Of a stretch of DNA of 64,000 nucleotides, positions 1 to 13,338 are shown piece after piece. The stretch is from Eledone cirrhosa (Eukaryota). The stretch's first letter is position 1. Every line of letters begins with the position of its first letter. The stretch is taken from the NCBI GenBank assembly GCA_964016885.1, contig OZ024747.1:78182001-78246000 (forward strand). The letters run 5' to 3'. The position numbers and the translations under genes were made by a program. Under the pieces are notes generated by a model. The model made no database searches. It was given only the letters and a program-made list of their open reading frames with translations, and was not told where the DNA came from.

Positions 1-38
1 TATACTTTCCTTATGAAAATTAACGGCTGAGCAGCCTA

Positions 39-46
39 ATTTGCAT
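39..46. promoter_or_regulatory. Octamer motif ATTTGCAT, present once per satellite unit
   Basis: Exact ATTTGCAT (reverse complement of ATGCAAAT) in the units; mutated to ATTTTCAT in the unit at ~13632. Function not shown. Confidence 0.35.
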
Positions 47-392
47 ATTGAGTGAGTTAAATCGGTCAGGCATACCGAAAACGAAAAATTGAAACAAAAT
101 GAAAACGAAATTTCATTTCTCACTCTTAGTATGGCACTTACTTAAATGTAAGTATGCATGTATACGTACATACATATATGTATACAGACGTACAGTAGCA
201 TGCACATATATATATATATATATATATACATATATACATACATATGCATACAGGTACACATACATATATGCACGTATCAGTTTAGCGGCGCTAACGTCGC
301 TTTGTTCGTTTGTAAACAAACTGAACAGCCTGAATTTATGCCATACGGTGTTAAGGCAACCACGTCACCTTTTTGTTCAACACTGACACAGG

Positions 393-437
393 AACGATGT
401 ACTAGTTTCAAGCTTGTTAGCTATCATCAGCACCGTT
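393..437 (-). ncRNA. Minimal type I hammerhead ribozyme (first of 29 satellite copies)
   Basis: Minus strand reads AACGGUG-CUGAUGA-U-AGCU-AACA-AGCU-U-GAAA-CUAG-UA/CAUCGUU. It has both core boxes, a 7-bp stem I (one G-U), a 4-bp stem II, palindromic ACUAGU stem III and a GUA cleavage triplet (cut between 400 and 399). Confidence 0.9.
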
Positions 438-3400
438 TACCCATCTGCCAGATAGTTGAACGTTCGAAAGTATATACTTTCCTTATGAAAATTAACGGCT
501 GAGCAGCCTAATTTGCATATTGAGTGAGTTAAATCGGTCAGGCATACCGAAAACGATAAATTGAAACAAAATGAAAACGAAATTTCATTTCTCACTCTTA
601 GTATGGCACTTACTTAAATGTAAGTATGCATGTATACGTACATACATATATGTATACAGACGTACAGTAGCATGCACATATATATATATATATATATACA
701 TATATACATACATATGCATACAGGTACACATACATATATGCACGTATCAGTTTAGCGGCGCTAACGTCGCTTTGTTCGTTTGTAAACAAACTGAACAGCC
801 TGAATTTATGCCATACGGTGTTAAGGCAACCACGTCACCTTTTTGTTCAACACTGACACAGGAACGATGTACTAGTTTCAAGCTTGTTAGCTATCATCAG
901 CACCGTTTACCCATCTGCCAGATAGTTGAACGTTCGAAAGTATATACTTTCCTTATGAAAATTAACGGCTGAGCAGCCTAATTTGCATATTGAGTGAGTT
1001 AAATCGGTCAGGCATACCGAAAACGATAAATTGAAACAAAATGAAAACGAAATTTCATTTCTCACTCTTAGTATGGCACTTACTTAAATGTAAGTATGCA
1101 TGTATACGTACATACATATATGTATACAGACGTACAGTAGCATGCACATATATATATATACATATATACATACATATGCATACAGCTACACATACATATA
1201 TGCACGTATCAGTTTAGCGGCGCTAACGTCGCTTTGTTCGTTTGTAAACAAACTGAACAGCCTGAATTTATGCCATACGGTGTTAAGGCAACCACGTCAC
1301 CTTTTTGTTCAACACTGACACAGGAACGATGTACTAGTTTCAAGCTTGTTAGCTATCATCAGCACCGTTTACCCATCTGCCAGATAGTTGAACGTTCGAA
1401 AGTATATACTTTCCTTATGAAAATTAACGGCTGAGCAGCCTAATTTGCATATTGAGTGAGTTAAATCGGTCAGGCATACCGAAAATGATAAATTGAAACA
1501 AAATGAAAACGAAATTTCATTTCTCACTCTTAGTATGGCACTTACTTAAATGTAAGTATGCATGTATACGTACATACATATATGTATACAGACGTACAGT
1601 AGCATGCACATATATATATATATATACATATATACATACATATGCATACAGGTACACATACATATATGCACGTATCAGTTTAGCGGCGCTAACGTCGCTT
1701 TGTTCGTTTGTAAACAAACTGAACAGCCTGAATTTATGCCATACGGTGTTAAGGCAACCACGTCACCTTTTTGTTCAACACTGACACAGGAACGATGTAC
1801 TAGTTTCAAGCTTGTTAGCTATCATCAGCACCGTTTACCCATCTGCCAGATAGTTGAACGTTCGAAAGTATATACTTTCCTTATGAAAATTAACGGCTGA
1901 GCAGCCTAATTTGCATATTGAGTGAGTTAAATCGGTCAGGCATACCGAAAACGATAAATTGAAACAAAATGAAAACGAAATTTCATTTCTCACTCTTAGT
2001 ATGGCACTTACTTAAATGTAAGTATGCATGTATACGTACATACATATATGTATACAGACGTACAGTAGCATGCACATATATATATATATATATATATACA
2101 TATATACATACATATGCATACAGGTACACATACATATATGCACGTATCAGTTTAGCGGCGCTAACGTCGCTTTGTTCGTTTGTAAACAAACTGAACAGCC
2201 TGAATTTATGCCATACGGTGTTAAGGCAACCACGTCACCTTTTTGTTCAACACTGACACAGGAACGATGTACTAGTTTCAAGCTTGTTAGCTATCATCAG
2301 CACCGTTTACCCATCTGCCAGATAGTTGAACGTTCGAAAGTATATACTTTCCTTATGAAAATTAACGGCTGAGCAGCCTAATTTGCATATTGAGTGAGTT
2401 AAATCGGTCAGGCATACCGAAAACGATAAATTGAAACAAAATGAAAACGAAATTTCATTTCTCACTCTTAGTATGGCACTTACTTAAATGTAAGTATGCA
2501 TGTATACGTACATACATATATGTATACAGACGTACAGTAGCATGCACATATATATATATATATACATATATGCACGTATCAGTTTAGCGGCGCTAACGTC
2601 GCTTTGTTCGTTTGTAAACAAACTGAACAGCCTGAATTTATGCCATACGGTGTTAAGGCAACCACGTCACCTTTTTGTTCAACACTGACACAGGAACGAT
2701 GTACTAGTTTCAAGCTTGTTAGCTATCATCAGCACCGTTTACCCATCTGCCAGATAGTTGAACGTTCGAAAGTATATACTTTCCTTGTGAAAATTAACGG
2801 CTGAGCAGCCTAATTTGCATATTGAGTGAGTTAAATCGGTCAGGCATACCGAAAACGATAAATTGAAACAAAATGAAAACGAAATTTCATTTCTCACTCT
2901 TAGTATGGCACTTACTTAAATGTAAGTATGCATGTATACGTACATACATATATGTATACAGACGTACAGTAGCATGCACATATATATATATACATATATA
3001 CATACATATGCATACAGGTACACATACATATATGCACGTATCAGTTTAGCGGCGCTAACGTCGCTTTGTTCGTTTGTAAACAAACTGAACAGCCTGAATT
3101 TATGCCATACGGTGTTAAGGCAACCACGTCACCTTTTTGTTCAACACTGACACAGGAACGATGTACTAGTTTCAAGCTTGTTAGCTATCATCAGCACCGT
3201 TTACCCATCTGCCAGATAGTTGAACGTTCGAAAGTATATACTTTCCTTATGAAAATTAACGGCTGAGCAGCCTAATTTGCATATTGAGTGAGTTAAATCG
3301 GTCAGGCATACCGAAAACGATAAATTGAAACAAAATGAAAACGAAATTTCATTTCTCACTCTTAGTATGGCACTTACTTAAATGTAAGTATGCATGTATA

Positions 3401-6400
3401 CGTACATACATATATGTATACAGACGTACAGTAGCATGCACATATATATATATACATATATACATACATATGCATACAGGTACACATACATATATGCACG
3501 TATCAGTTTAGCGGCGCTAACGTCGCTTTGTTCGTTTGTAAACAAACTGAACAGCCTGAATTTATGCCATACGGTGTTAAGGCAACCACGTCACCTTTTT
3601 GTTCAACACTGACACAGGAACGATGTACTAGTTTCAAGCTTGTTAGCTATCATCAGCACCGTTTACCCATCTGCCAGATAGTTGAACGTTCGAAAGTATA
3701 TACTTTCCTTATGAAAATTAACGGCTGAGCAGCCTAATTTGCATATTGAGTGAGTTAAATCGGTCAGGCATACCGAAAACGATAAATTGAAACAAAATGA
3801 AAACGAAATTTCATTTCTCACTCTTAGTATGGCACTTACTTAAATGTAAGTATGCATGTATACGTACATACATATATGTATACAGACGTACAGTAGCATG
3901 CACACATATATATATATATACATATATACATACATATGCATACAGGTACACATACATATATGCACGTATCAGTTTAGCGGCGCTAACGTCGCTTTGTTCG
4001 TTTGTAAACAAACTGAACAGCCTGAATTTATGCCATACGGTGTTAAGGCAACCACGTCACCTTTTTGTTCAACACTGACACAGGAACGATGTACTAGTTT
4101 CAAGCTTGTTAGCTATCATCAGCACCGTTTACCCATCTGCCAGATAGTTGAACGTTCGAAAGTATATACTTTCCTTATGAAAATTAACGGCTGAGCAGCC
4201 TAATTTGCATATTGAGTGAGTTAAATCGGTCAGGCATACCGAAAACGATAAATTGAAACAAAATGAAAACGAAATTTCATTTCTCACTCTTAGTATGGCA
4301 CTTACTTAAATGTAAGTATGCATGTATACGTACATACATATATGTATACAGACGTACAGTAGCATGCACATATATATATATATATACATATATACATACA
4401 TATGCATACAGGTACACATACATATATGCACGTATCAGTTTAGCGGCGCTAACGTCGCTTTGTTCGTTTGTAAACAAACTGAACAGCCTGAATTTATGCC
4501 ATACGGTGTTAAGGCAACCACGTCACCTTTTTGTTCAACACTGACACAGGAACGATGTACTAGTTTCAAGCTTGTTAGCTATCATCAGCACCGTTTACCC
4601 ATCTGCCAGATAGTTGAACGTTCGAAAGTATATACTTTCCTTATGAAAATTAACGGCTGAGCAGCCTAATTTGCATATTGAGTGAGTTAAATCGGTCAGG
4701 CATACCGAAAACGATAAATTGAAACAAAATGAAAACGAAATTTCATTTCTCACTCTTAGTATGGCACTTACTTAAATGTAAGTATGCATGTATACGTACA
4801 TACATATATGTATACAGACGTACAGTAGCATGCACATATATATATATACATATATACATACATATGCATACAGCTACACATACATATATGCACGTATCAG
4901 TTTAGCGGCGCTAACGTCGCTTTGTTCGTTTGTAAACAAACTGAACAGCCTGAATTTATGCCATACGGTGTTAAGGCAACCACGTCACCTTTTTGTTCAA
5001 CACTGACACAGGAACGATGTACTAGTTTCAAGCTTGTTAGCTATCATCAGCACCGTTTACCCATCTGCCAGATAGTTGAACGTTCGGAAGTATATACTTT
5101 CCTTATGAAAATTAACGGCTGAGCAGCCTAATTTGCATATTGAGTGAGTTAAATCGGTCAGGCATACCGAAAACGATAAATTGAAACGAAATTTCATTTC
5201 TCACTCTTAGTATGGCACTTACTTAAATGTAAGTATGCATGTATACGTACATACATATATGTATACAGACGTACAGTAGCATGCACATATATATATATAT
5301 ATACATATATACATACATATGCATACAGGTACACATACATATATGCACGTATCAGTTTAGCGGCGCTAACGTCGCTTTGTTCGTTTGTAAACAAACTGAA
5401 CAGCCTGAATTTATGCCATACGGTGTTAAGGCAACCACGTCACCTTTTTGTTCAACACTGACACAGGAACGATGTACTAGTTTCAAGCTTGTTAGCTATC
5501 ATCAGCACCGTTTACCCATCTGCCAGATAGTTGAACGTTCGAAAGTATATACTTTCCTTATGAAAATTAACGGCTGAGCAGCCTAATTTGCATATTGAGT
5601 GAGTTAAATCGGTCAGGCATACCGAAAACGATAAATTGAAACAAAATGAAAACGAAATTTCATTTCTCACTCTTAGTATGGCACTTACTTAAATGTAAGT
5701 ATGTATGTATACGTACATACATATATGTATACAGACGTACAGTAGCATGCACATATATATATATATATACATATATGCACGTATCAGTTTAGCGGCGCTA
5801 ACGTCGCTTTGTTCGTTTGTAAACAAACTGAACAGCCTGAATTTATGCCATACGGTGTTAAGGCAACCACGTCACCTTTTTGTTCAACACTGACACAGGA
5901 ACGATGTACTAGTTTCAAGCTTGTTAGCTATCATCAGCACCGTTTACCCATCTGCCAGATAGTTGAACGTTCGAAAGTATATACTTTCCTTATGAAAATT
6001 AACGGCTGAGCAGCCTAATTTGCATATTGAGTGAGTTAAATCGGTCAGGCATACCGGAAACGATAAATTGAAACAAAATGAAAACGAAATTTCATTTCTC
6101 ACTCTTAGTATGGCACTTACTTAAATGTAAGTATGCATGTATACGTACATACATATATGTATACAGACGTACAGTAGCATGCACATATATATATATATAT
6201 ACATATATACATACATATGCATACAGGTACACATACATATATGCACGTATCAGTTTAGCGGCGCTAACGTCGCTTTGTTCGTTTGTAAACAAACTGAACA
6301 GCCTGAATTTATGCCATACGGTGTTAAGGCAACCACGTCACCTTTTTGTTCAACACTGACACAGGAACGATGTACTAGTTTCAAGCTTGTTAGCTATCAT

Positions 6401-9400
6401 CAGCACCGTTTACCCATCTGCCAGATAGTTGAACGTTCGAAAGTATATACTTTCCTTATGAAAATTAACGGCTGAGCAGCCTAATTTGCATATTGAGTGA
6501 GTTAAATCGGTCAGGCATACCGAAAACGATAAATTGAAACAAAATGAAAACGAAATTTCATTTCTCACTCTTAGTATGGCACTTACTTAAATGTAAGTAT
6601 GCATGTATACGTACATACATATATGTATACAGACGTACAGTAGCATGCACATATATATATATACATATATACATACACATACATATATGCACGTATCAGT
6701 TTAGCGGCGCTAACGTCGCTTTGTTCGTTTGTAAACAAACTGAACAGCCTGAATTTATGCCATACGGTGTTAAGGCAACCACGTCACCTTTTTGTTCAAC
6801 ACTGACACAGGAACGATGTACTAGTTTCAAGCTTGTTAGCTATCATCAGCACCGTTTACCCATCTGCCAGATAGTTGAACGTTCGAAAGTATATACTTTC
6901 CTTATGAAAATTAACGGCTGAGCAGCCTAATTTGCATATTGAGTGAGTTAAATCGGTCAGGCATACCGAAAACGATAAATTGAAACAAAATGAAAACGAA
7001 ATTTCATTTCTCACTCTTAGTATGGCACTTACTTAAATGTAAGTATGCATGTATACGTACATACATATATGTATACAGACGTACAGTAGCATGCACACAT
7101 ATATATATATATACATATATACATACATATGCATACAGGTACACATACATATATGCACGTATCAGTTTAGCGGCGCTAACGTCGCTTTGTTCGTTTGTAA
7201 ACAAACTGAACAGCCTGAATTTATGCCATACGGTGTTAAGGCAACCACGTCACCTTTTTGTTCAACACTGACACAGGAACGAGGTACTAGTTTCAAGCTT
7301 GTTAGCTATCATCAGCACCGTTTACCCATCTGCCAGATAGTTGAACGTTCGGAAGTATATACTTTCATTATGAAAATTAACGGCTGAGCAGCCTAATTTG
7401 CATATTGAGTGAGTTAAATCGATCAGGCATACCGAAAACGATAAATTGAAACAAAATGAAAACGAAATTTCATTTCTCACTCTTAGTATGGCACTTACTT
7501 AAATGTAAGTATGCATGTATACGTACATACATATATGTATACAGACGTACAGTAGCATGCACATATATATATATATATACATATATATATACATATGCAT
7601 ACAGGTACACATACATATATGCACGTATCAGTTTAGCGGCGCTAACGTCGCTTTGTTCGTTTGTAAACAAACTGAACAGCCTGAATTTATGCCATACGGT
7701 GTTAAGGCAACCACGTCACCTTTTTGTTCAACACTGACACAGGAACGATGTACTAGTTTCAAGCTTGTTAGCTATCATCAGCACCGTTTACCCATCTGCC
7801 AGATAGTTGAACGTTCGAAAGTATATACTTTCCTTATGAAAATTAACGGCTGAGCAGCCTAATTTGCATATTGAGTGAGTTAAATCGGTCAGGCATACCG
7901 AAAACGATAAATTGAAACAAAATGAAAACGAAATTTCATTTCTCACTCTTAGTATGGCACTTACTTAAATGTAAGTATGCATGTATACGTACATACATAT
8001 ATGTATACAGACGTACAGTAGCATGCACATATATATATATATATACATATATACATACATATGCATACAGGTACACATACATATATGCACGTATCAGTTT
8101 AGCGGCGCTAACGTCGCTTTGTTCGTTTGTAAACAAACTGAACAGCCTGAATTTATGCCATACGGTGTTAAGGCAACCACGTCACCTTTTTGTTCAACAC
8201 TGACACAGGAACGATGTACTAGTTTCAAGCTTGTTAGCTATCATCAGCACCGTTTACCCATCTGCCAGATAGTTGAACGTTCGAAAGTATATACTTTCCT
8301 TATGAAAATTAACGGCTGAGCAGCCTAATTTGCATATTGAGTGAGTTAAATCGGTCAGGCATACCGAAAACGATAAATTGAAACAAAATGAAAACGAAAT
8401 TTCATTTCTCACTCTTAGTATGGCACTTACTTAAATGTAAGTATGCATGTATACGTACATACATATATGTATACAGACGTACAGTAGCATGCACATATAT
8501 ATATATACATATATACATACATATGCATACAGGTACACATACATATATGCACGTATCAGTTTAGCGGCGCTAACGTCGCTTTGTTCGTTTGTAAACAAAC
8601 TGAACAGCCTGAATTTATGCCATACGGTGTTAAGGCAACCACGTCACCTTTTTGTTCAACACTGACACAGGAACGATGTACTAGTTTCAAGCTTGTTAGC
8701 TATCATCAGCACCGTTTACCCATCTGCCAGATAGTTGAACGTTCGAAAGTATATACTTTCCTTATGAAAATTAACGGCTGAGCAGCCTAATTTGCATATT
8801 GAGTGAGTTAAATCGGTCAGGCATACCGAAAACGATAAATTGAAACGAAATGAAAACGAAATTTCATTTCTCACTCTTAGTATGGCACTTACTTAAATGT
8901 AAGTATGCATGTATACGTACATACATATATGTATACAGACGCACAGTAGCATGCACATATATATATATATATACATATATACATACATATGCATACAGGT
9001 ACACATACATATATGCACGTATCAGTTTAGCGGCGCTAATGTCGCTTTGTTCGTTTGTAAACAAACTGAACAGCCTGAATTTATGCCATACGGTGTTAAG
9101 GCAACCACGTCACCTTTTTGTTCAACACTGACACAGGAACGATGTACTAGTTTCAAGCTTGTTAGCTATCATCAGCACCGTTTACCCATCTGCCAGATAG
9201 TTGAACGTTCGAAAGTATATACTTTCCTTATGAAAATTAACGGCTGAGCAGCCTAATTTGCATATTGAGTGAGTTAAATCGGTCAGGCATACCGAAAACG
9301 ATAAATTGAAACAAAATGAAAACGAAATTTCATTTCTCACTCTTAGTATGGCACTTACTTAAATGTAAGTATGCATGTATACGTACATACATATATGTAT

Positions 9401-11758
9401 ACAGACGTACAGTAGCATGCACATATATATATATATATACATATATACATACATATGCATACAGGTACACATACATATATGCACGTATCAGTTTAGCGGC
9501 GCTAACGTCGCTTTGTTCGTTTGTAAACAAACTGAACAGCCTGAATTTATGCCATACGGTGTTAAGGCAACCACGTCACCTTTTTGTTCAACACTGACAC
9601 AGGAACGATGTACTAGTTTCAAGCTTGTTAGCTATCATCAGCACCGTTTACCCATCTGCCAGATAGTTGAACGTTCGAAAGTATATACTTTCCTTATGAA
9701 AATTAACGGCTGAGCAGCCTAATTTGCATATTGAGTGAGTTAAATCGGTCAGGCATACCGGAAACGATAAATTGAAACAAAATGAAAACGAAATTTCATT
9801 TCTCACTCTTAGTATGGCACTTACTTAAATGTAAGTATGCATGTATACGTACATACATATATGTATACAGACGTACAGTAGCATGCACATATATATATAT
9901 ATATACATATATACATACATATGCATACAGGTACACATACATATATGCACGTATCAGTTTAGCGGCGCTAACGTCGCTTTGTTCGTTTGTAAACAAACTG
10001 AACAGCCTGAATTTATGCCATACGGTGTTAAGGCAACCACGTCACCTTTTTGTTCAACACTGACACAGGAACGATGTACTAGTTTCAAGCTTGTTAGCTA
10101 TTATCAGCACCGTTTACCCATCTGCCAGATAGTTGAACGTTCGAAAGTATATACTTTCCTTATGAAAATTAACGGCTGAGCAGCCTAATTTGCATATTGA
10201 GTGAGTTAAATCGGTCAGGCATACCGAAAACGATAAATTGAAACAAAATGAAAACGAAATTTCATTTCTCACTCTTAGTATGGCACTTACTTAAATGTAA
10301 GTATGCATGTATACGTACATACATATATGTATACAGACGTACAGTAGCATGCACATATATATATATACATATATACATACATATGCATACAGGTACACAT
10401 ACATATATGCACGTATCAGTTTAGCGGCGCTAACGTCGCTTTGTTCGTTTGTAAACAAACTGAACAGCCTGAATTTATGCCATACGGTGTTAAGGCAACC
10501 ACGTCACCTTTTTGTTCAACACTGACACAGGAACGATGTACTAGTTTCAAGCTTGTTAGCTATCATCAGCACCGTTTACCCATCTGCCAGATAGTTGAAC
10601 GTTCGGAAGTATATACTTTTATTATGAAAATTAACGGCTGAGCAGCCTAATTTGCATATTGAGTGAGTTAAATCGATCAGGCATACCGAAAACGATAAAT
10701 TGAAACAAAATGAAAACGAAATTTCATTTCTCACTCTTAGTATGGCACTTACTTAAATGTAAGTCTGCATGTATACGTACATACATATATGTATACAGAC
10801 GTACAGTAGCATGCACATATATATATATATATACATATATACATACATATGCATACAGGTACACATACATATATGCACGTATCAGTTTAGCGGCGCTAAC
10901 GTCGCTTTGTTCGTTTGTAAACAAACTGAACAGCCTGAATTTATGCCATACGGTGTTAAGGCAACCACGTCACCTTTTTGTTCAACACTGACACAGGAAC
11001 GATGTACTAGTTTCAAGCTTGTTAGCTATCATCAGCACCGTTTACCCATCTGCCAGATAGTTGAACGTTCGAAAGTATATACTTTCCTTATGAAAATTAA
11101 CGGCTGAGCAGCCTAATTTGCATATTGAGTGAGTTAAATCGGTCAGGCATACCGAAAACGATAAATTGAAACAAAATGAAAACGAAATTTCATTTCTCAC
11201 TCTTAGTATGGCACTTACTTAAATGTAAGTATGCATGTATACGTACATACATATATGTATACAGACGTACAGTAGCATGCACATATATATATATATATAC
11301 ATATATACATACATATGCATACAGGTACACATACATATATGCACGTATCAGTTTAGCGGCGCTAACGTCGCTTTGTTCGTTTGTAAACAAACTGAACAGC
11401 CTGAATTTATGCCATACGGTGTTAAGGCAACCACGTCACCTTTTTGTTCAACACTGACACAGGAACGATGTACTAGTTTCAAGCTTGTTAGCTATCATCA
11501 GCACCGTTTACCCATCTGCCAGATAGTTGAACGTTCGAAAGTATATACTTTCCTTATGAAAATTAACGGCTGAGCAGCCTAATTTGCATATTGAGTGAGT
11601 TAAATCGGTCAGGCATACCGAAAACGATAAATTGAAACAAAATGAAAACGAAATTTCATTTCTCACTCTTAGTATGGCACTTACTTAAATGTAAGTATGC
11701 ATGTATACGTACATACATATATGTATACAGACGTACAGTAGCATGCACACATATATAT

Positions 11759-13338
11759 CATCATCATCATCATCATCAACGTTTAACGTCCGTGTTCCAC
11801 GCTTGCATGGGTTTGGACGGGGGTAGTCCCACTTGAGGCAAGAGTGATTGTCTTGCTCGCATAGGACTGTCTGGCAGGTTTTCTACAGTTGGATGCCCTT
11901 CCTAACACCAACCACATTTACAGTGTGGGTCTGGGAGGTTTTTACCGTGTTGCCTACACGGCCACATTACAGCGTGGACTGTGTGTTTTTTTGTCGTGAC
12001 ACCTACACGTTCTCATTTGTTTCGGCCTCGAAGGCGCGGCACCAACATAACTTTACATAGAACGGGGTGGTGTGGATCGGGTGGGGGTGGGGGTGGTGGG
12101 ACGGGGTGTATTTTGTTAGAGATGCCTACTGGCTGGAGTAGGTTTTACTATATATTTAGGTAAGGCGGGTCTTCTCTGTTACTGAGTACCGCCAAAGGTC
12201 TCGGTCCAGTGACATTGTCTTGGAGAGGTGTAAGTGTGTGATGTCGGAGTTTATCAGCTCGTCCCAGGTTTTTCTAGGTCTGCCTATTCCGTGACTACCG
12301 TCTATCTTTATTGCCCTGCACTTTGTTATACAGCTATCGACTTTCATGCGCATCACGTGTCCATACCAACGTAGCCTTCTCTCGAGTAAACAACATCTGA
12401 TCCCTCTTATCTCTAATTTTTTCCTTAGTTCGTTTATGCTTTGCCGTTCACGTATATTACTGTTACACATCCAGCGGAGCATGCAAGCTTCGTTCCTCTC
12501 TAGTCTGCGTATATCCTCTGCACACAATGCCCAGGTCTCACTGCCATGCAGCATTGCTGTTCGTATGCAGGCATCGTACAACCTGCCTTTCATTTTTAGT
12601 GAGAACCCTTTAGCAGCTAATAGTGGTATAAGCTCTCTGAACTTTTTCCAACCAGTTCTGACTCTAGCTACAGTACTTTCAGAGCACCCTCCCCCACTGC
12701 TGATTTTATCGCCCAGGTAACGGAAGCTGTCCACTATTTCTATAGAACCCTCTGCGCAATTGAAAGAGCTAGTAGTTTGTGGGCACTTGCTGCTACTTAT
12801 TGCACCAGAGCACCGGCCACATGTAAAATCTATGTTCTTAGTTAGCTTACCTGTGATCCCACTACATCTTTTATGCACCCATACTTTGCATTTAGGACAT
12901 AAAATGGAGTTTCTACCTACGCCTTTCCTACACACCGAGCACGACCATTTCCCAGAAGGGACCGCCGCCTTGTTTTCTTTCCTACAAACTAGTACTTTGG
13001 TCTTAGCCAGGTTAATTTTAAGTCCTTTTGACTCTAGGCCGTGCTTCCATGTTTGGAATTTCTTCTCTAGCTCGGCCATTGATTCCGCTATGAGTGTCAG
13101 GTCGTCTGCGTATAGGAGTTCCCATGGGCAGCCTGTCTTGAACTCCTCTGTTATAGCCTGAAGGGCAATAATAAATAGTAGTGGACTGAGAACAGAGCCC
13201 TGATGGACGCCAACTTTTACGCTAAACTCTTCACTATATTCGTTGTTAATTCTAACCTTGCTGACTGTTTCTTTATACATGGCTTGTATAGCCCTCACAA
13301 GCCATTCGTCAACGCCTAGTTTTCTAAGAGCCCACCAG
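11759..13338 (-). mobile_element. 5'-truncated RTE-clade LINE inserted in the (TA)n tract of a satellite unit
   Basis: RT ORF on the minus strand, a 3' UTR and a (GAT)n tail ((CAT)n on plus at 11759-11778). The satellite resumes in register at 13339. Confidence 0.93.
12156..13338 (-). CDS. RTE reverse transcriptase, C-terminal ~390 aa, open and 5'-truncated, with a Cys/His finger insertion
   Basis: GVHQGSVLSPLLF, LLYADDL, FRYLG, LHGSETW, RRLRWYGHVMR and GRPRKTW are RTE-type motifs. The first 18 aa of the listed ORF come from the satellite. Confidence 0.9.
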
